Assembly (NCBI RefSeq): GCF_009914755.1
Contig: NC_060927.1
Source: the human T2T-CHM13v2.0 reference genome, Homo sapiens
Reading direction: 5' to 3' (one strand)
DNA length: 64,000 bases
Part shown: positions 58,503 through 64,000 of the stretch, in pieces
Numbering within the stretch: position 1 is the stretch's first letter
Layout: each line of letters opens with the position of its first letter
Made by a program: the position numbers and the translations under genes
The notes under the pieces: model-generated
What the model saw: only the letters and a program-made list of their open reading frames with translations
Databases searched by the model: none
What the model was told of the DNA's origin: nothing

Positions 58503-61106
58503 TCACAAATACCTGCAGATTTTACATAACAGGGAAGAGGAAACTTCACAACTGAGCAGTGGGAAAAACCACTTTTAAAAATTAATCAATGAAAACTCAA
58601 ATTTGTCCTCCCATTTTTGCACAGATTTCTTTGTAAAATAACTTTTTATTTGTGAGTTAATTTTTAGAAGAACATATTGTATGAGTCAGATATTATTTAA
58701 ATCTCAGTATAAATAATGTATCTGCACTCACAGTGCACAAAACACAGAAAAGAAGAAAATGACTGAATATTCATTTTCTGTATGTATCATTGACAAAAAT
58801 TACATTAAAAATAAACTTAATGAAAATGAAAAGTGCAAGAGACAGAAAACTAAAATATGTCAGACTATTGTGTGTTTTTCCTGAAAAAGCATTTTAATAC
58901 TGTAACTAAGAACTGAAAATATGAAAAATGAGAGTTCAAATTTTAAAAAATGTGTGTAAAGTATATTTTCTATATAATTCATCTCATCATGAAATCTTAT
59001 GCTTATCATTAATGTTTGTTTAGTACTTCTTTTAACAGTACTAGGCTTTGCCTATAAAAATGAGTAGCTATTTACACATGAAAGTTATTACTGTTTAAAG
59101 CAATAAATAGTTAAAATAGCTTGTAGAGGAGACCCTGCATGTACACCCAAAAAATTCTGAGTATCAAGGAAAGGAAGGAATGAATGGCTGAAGGAAAGGA
59201 GGAAGGATGAGAGGAAAATAAGCTGAAGTGTTAAAATTGTGTTTACATGAAATTAATTAGGTTAATAACGAATGAAAATAAGAAATATATCATATATATT
59301 TAAAATAACAGAAAAACGTTTGGGTCCAATTGTTACTAAAATTATATCTTTTTAAGGGGTTAAATGGTCAATTGACAGTCCTGACCTTCTTGATGATTAT
59401 ATCTCTATTCTAGTTACCATGCGAATTACTAATAAAGTCAATCCATTTTTCTCTTAACAACTTACATTTTTAAAATGTATCAAACTATTTCTGAAGAGAT
59501 TCCTTCCTTGCCTTACTCCGTTTTAAAGATAATTACTTTGTGCCCAGAGAAACTAAATTCTTCCCTGTACTTTTTTGTTACTTTTCTGGACCAACTAATA
59601 TGCTTGATCAGTTCTCTGTTTAGTTGCAAAACAATGAAATTGATTTAAAATAAAATTCTGATTATAGAAGACAATATTCAATATAGATGGGTTTAAAGTT
59701 TGGTAATTCAGTTGTTCGTATCTTCTTTTTATTCTCAGATGTGGGCAGAGATTCTTTATTTCATGTATTCTTGGCTGTTGTCCTTTTTCACTTGTAAAAA
59801 GTAATAAAGTTCTTATCTATGCAGTCTACACTACACAAACCCGTACGTTTCTCTAGCCCAGGTCAGTTTATTTTAAATTGCCCTATGTTAGTTATATTCT
59901 CTTTGCTTTCACTACCTTTCTACATATTATATATTAAGTGTTTCAGGATATATCAGCTTATCAGATAGGAAGACGAATATTCCAAGGAGCATTCAAAATA
60001 AAATATCTCACTCATCTGGCATCTCATTTATGAAATGCTAATTATCTAATTATCTTGTCTACCACAAATTATATATAGCATAAGGGCACAGAATATAAAA
60101 GGAAATAGGAAAGGTGAAATGAAAATTATATTTGGGTTACATTTTTTTAGAACTAAACTGTTCTTTTGACAAACAAAATGCCATATTTATGCCTGGGAAT
60201 GCCTTAGAAGAATTTTAATTTAGCCTAAGATATTTCAAAAAGCTACTGAAATGGTATATATGCTAGAATCATAAGGTGATCTATGCTGTTTAGTAAGAGA
60301 TGCATTTCATTATGTCAATAAAGATAGCCTAGAGTGTGACCACTATTTGAGATTCTAAAAAATTTTTAATTTTTTTCAGAGAAGTTACATTTATGTATAT
60401 TACCAGCAGTATATATTAATGGCACATTTTGCTCATGAGACAAATATTGTTTTCTTTTATAAAATATAAGAATATTTATGTTAAATATTAAAAGTAATTG
60501 AATCATCAGGTATTTTAAGCCATCTACAGGCAAGGATTCAAAATGTTGTTATTGTGCCATCTTTATATTATTAATAGTATGTAACAATTTGTGTGTGTGT
60601 TATTAAAACTCATTGAAGAGGATATATATATTTGTGAATGGGAATTCCAAATTAAAAGATAATAAATGTATATATAAAATTAATATAACATACTCTCAAA
60701 TTTCCTAATTAAGCTTATCATCAAGTACGCATTTATAAAACTTTTTGGAAGTTTTAAAATTATTTTGAAAACACACCTTAATTTCATAAAGAGGCAGTAA
60801 AACATAACATCAAAATTATGGAATGTATGTATAGTACAGATGTTAGTGAATGTTTTCAATTATTTTTAAGTCAGTCTAATAGAGAATAAAAACTGGATAA
60901 AAATGAGACATAAATGACCGTGACAAGTAAAAATATCATATACATCTTGTTAATACCTAATATTTTTAACTTTCAATTTAATAACTTATTCTACTTTATG
61001 TCTATTTTTAAAAGATAGCTACAGGTATTTTTGTATTAAAAATGAGTAGATATTTAATGCCCAATATTTTGAAATTTTTGTATTTCTACTTTCTGAATAA
61101 ACTATA

Positions 61107-61144
61107 AACACACACACATACACACACACACAGACATACACACA
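61107..61144. repeat. Interrupted (CA)n
   Basis: acacacacacatacacacacacacagacatacacaca. Confidence 0.85.
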
Positions 61145-61279
61145 ATTTCCATGAGAAAAACGTATAGTTAGAAAATGACTGTAATAAATCAATGTATTAG
61201 ACTTTACTGGATTGGCTCTTGATATATTAGGAAAGATTGTTATTGCTATTTACCATCAGGTCCAATAGTCTGGTGTTTT

Positions 61280-61860
61280 TTTAAATAATATACTTTCTTT
61301 TTAAGAGCAGTTTTGGGTTTACTGATTAGCTGAGCAGAAAGTACAGAGGGTTCCCATATACACCCTCTCCTCACTCCCCTTATAGTTTCCCCTATTATTA
61401 ATATCTTGCGTTATTGTGTTATCTTTGTCACAACTGAAGAACTAATATTGATAGATTATTGTTAAGTAAAGTACATCCTTTACATTAGGGTTCACTCTGC
61501 ATTGTGTAGTTCTATGGGTTTTGACATGTGTATAATGTCATGTATCTACTGTTATCTCTCTCTCTCTCTCTCTCGTTACATCATCCAATTTAATTCTACA
61601 GCCCAAAAAATCTCCTGTGCTCCACCTCTTTATCTCACTTTACTTCTCCCACAAGACCTGGTAACCAGTGATCCTATTATTGACTATAGTTTTGTGTTTT
61701 CTAGAATGTCATATAATGGGAATTTTGCAGGATGTAATCTCTTCGGACTGGCATCTTTCACTTAGCAATATGAATCTCCTTTTTCACCAGTACCTTACTG
61801 TTTTGAGTACTGTAGTTTGATACTGTGTCTTGAAGTTGGGTAGTGTCAGTCCTCAGATGA
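61280..61860 (-). mobile_element. L1MC-like 3' end
   Basis: agagcagttttgggtttact...gagcagaaagtacagagggttcccatatacaccc. Confidence 0.7.
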
Positions 61861-61887
61861 TTCTGCTGCTGCTGCAGATTCATCATC

Positions 61888-62032
61888 ATCTTCTTCTTCC
61901 TCTTCCTTCTCCTCCTTCTTCTTCTCCTCCTTCTTTTGCTTCTTTTCTTTCTTATTCTTTCTCCTTTCTTCCTCTTTCCCCTTCTTTCTCTTTCCTTCTC
62001 CTTCTTCCCCTTCTTTCCTTTCTTCTCCTTCT
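61888..62032 (+). repeat. CT-rich polypyrimidine tract, ~145 bp
   Basis: (CTT/CCT)-based run with only about two purines. Confidence 0.9.
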
Positions 62033-62599
62033 ATATTGTAATTATGTTATGTTGGTCAATTTGTAATTATAAATTGTTGTAATTTTTATCACATTTATAA
62101 TTAAAATGTGATTAATCAGTATATTAAACTTTATTAATCCTCAATGTATCAGGAAACAAAATAGTCATATCTACTATCTGGGCCACACTTTTTTTGTTTT
62201 ATACTCTAAGTCTTTTTTTTAATGACGTATTAATGTAATAATAAAAGGAGAGTGAACAACAAATTTTATTAGAACTTTCAATACAAAATTTAAACAGAAA
62301 AACCGGACTTTTTATTATCTATTTCTCTGGCTTTAATGGTATATATACACAAATTGCGCAATAATTGGCATGCATGATCCTGAAATATACCCATCTTGTA
62401 AATAATGAGTCAAGCTTCAAAATGCATCTCTACTGTGTCCTATCTTGTCATTGCTTTTTGGTTCTTCTTTCACTAGCATTGTTAGAATGCAATACTTTAG
62501 AAACACTTTGATGGCTCATAGTTTTACCCAGAAGAATACAATATCTTTATTCCATAATTGCAAAACATTTTCATTTTTAGATTTATAAAGAGCAATTAA

Positions 62600-62923
<324 letters not shown>

Positions 62924-63521
62924 GAAACTAAAATATATTCTTAAAATTTCCTCATCACCAAATGCTTTCAACATGTTTCCATTTATGGACTGTGTAAAGT
63001 AAATTCTTATGTTCAAAAATCATAAAAGGTAAAAGAACATTGTCATATTTTCCTTTCAGCAAAATCATATGGTTGCAAAATATTGTGTGGTGAAGTCCTT
63101 CTTTGTATTAGAAACTGTTCCAACTCATCTATTTTTGAGCTTGATAGAATTTATCTAGAGTATCAAAAGTGAAAACTTGTTTTACTGTCATTTTAAGAGG
63201 CTTGAGCTTCACTGTTTTCTCTTTGCATTTCTCCTCCAATTTTTCTAATAATTTTGGGGTGTTTTTATTAATTTCCTTCTCTTGCCATTATAGGCAGAAA
63301 ATTAAAAATTCTGAGTTCTCAATTGATATCATGAAAGCAAAAAAAAAAAAAAACAACAAAACAAACAAACACAGTAGCAAACAGAACTACAATATGGTGT
63401 TTTTGTTTCTATACTTCTTTTAATTTTTTACAAAAGAAAATCCAAAACCTGGGCAATCCTATAAGCACATAAGGATTAGGTAACAGTGATGATTTATATC
63501 ACTTGCATAAACCTTCTACCC

Positions 63522-63725
63522 CAGCATTGTCCAATATAACTTTCTGTGATAATAGAGATGTTCTCTATCTCCAGATGGTAGCCAATAATCAGCTCCCTGT
63601 GGTTATCGGCAATTGAAGTGTGGGTATTGTGACTAAGGAAATGCTATTTAAATTTTACTTAATCATAATTGAATTACATTTAAATTTAAATAGCCACATG
63701 TGATTAGTTGTTACTGTGTGGACAT
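63522..63725. mobile_element. MER3 (hAT-Charlie) remnant
   Basis: cattgtccaatataactttctgtgat...tttaaatagccacatgtgattagt...ggaca. Confidence 0.8.
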
Positions 63726-64000
63726 TCCCACTCTTAAATCATTTGTATATATATCCATTTTCTTCTTATGTTATTCTTTTTATCATAGTTGGGGATAATT
63801 GATGAGTTAGTGGTGAAGTAATAACTAGGTCCCTGAAGTAGCAAGATTTCTCATAATAAAAGAAACATAGTGTCACCAAAATTTCATAATGTATCTTAGA
63901 TTTATAAGATGATTTAATGTTTCCATATCATAATTGCAAGGTAAGCCAATTTTTAAACCTATTTTTAAAATTAAATTGTTTCTTTTTTTTTGGAGCACCT

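Overview
Human genomic DNA, AT-rich and dense in repeats, from inside the neuronal Ig-superfamily adhesion gene CADM2 (SynCAM2/Necl-3), transcribed on the + strand. Three internal coding exons can be read directly with canonical AG/GT ends: 23068-23220 (153 nt), 25970-26107 (138 nt) and 52177-52347 (171 nt). All are phase 1-1 and encode the second half of Ig1 and all of Ig2. The rest is intron filled with Alu (J, S, Y and one Yb-lineage copy, which supports human origin), L1PA/L1PB/L1M, L2, MIR, MaLR and ERV1 LTRs, a complete THE1 provirus with a nested L1PA, hAT DNA transposons and simple repeats. I cannot show a new biological system from sequence alone. The best hypotheses to test are: (1) a sense THE1 provirus whose 5' LTR keeps a DUX4 motif, TATA and a splice donor in frame with the next CADM2 exon, while its 3' LTR keeps only TATA and the poly(A) signal; (2) inverted Alu and L1PA pairs bracketing symmetric exons, which could give stop-free circRNAs; (3) a 90-bp fold-back hairpin inside an L2; (4) a locally templated copy of a MER1B fragment. 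Repeat subfamily calls are from memory of consensus sequences, and boundaries of old repeats are approximate.
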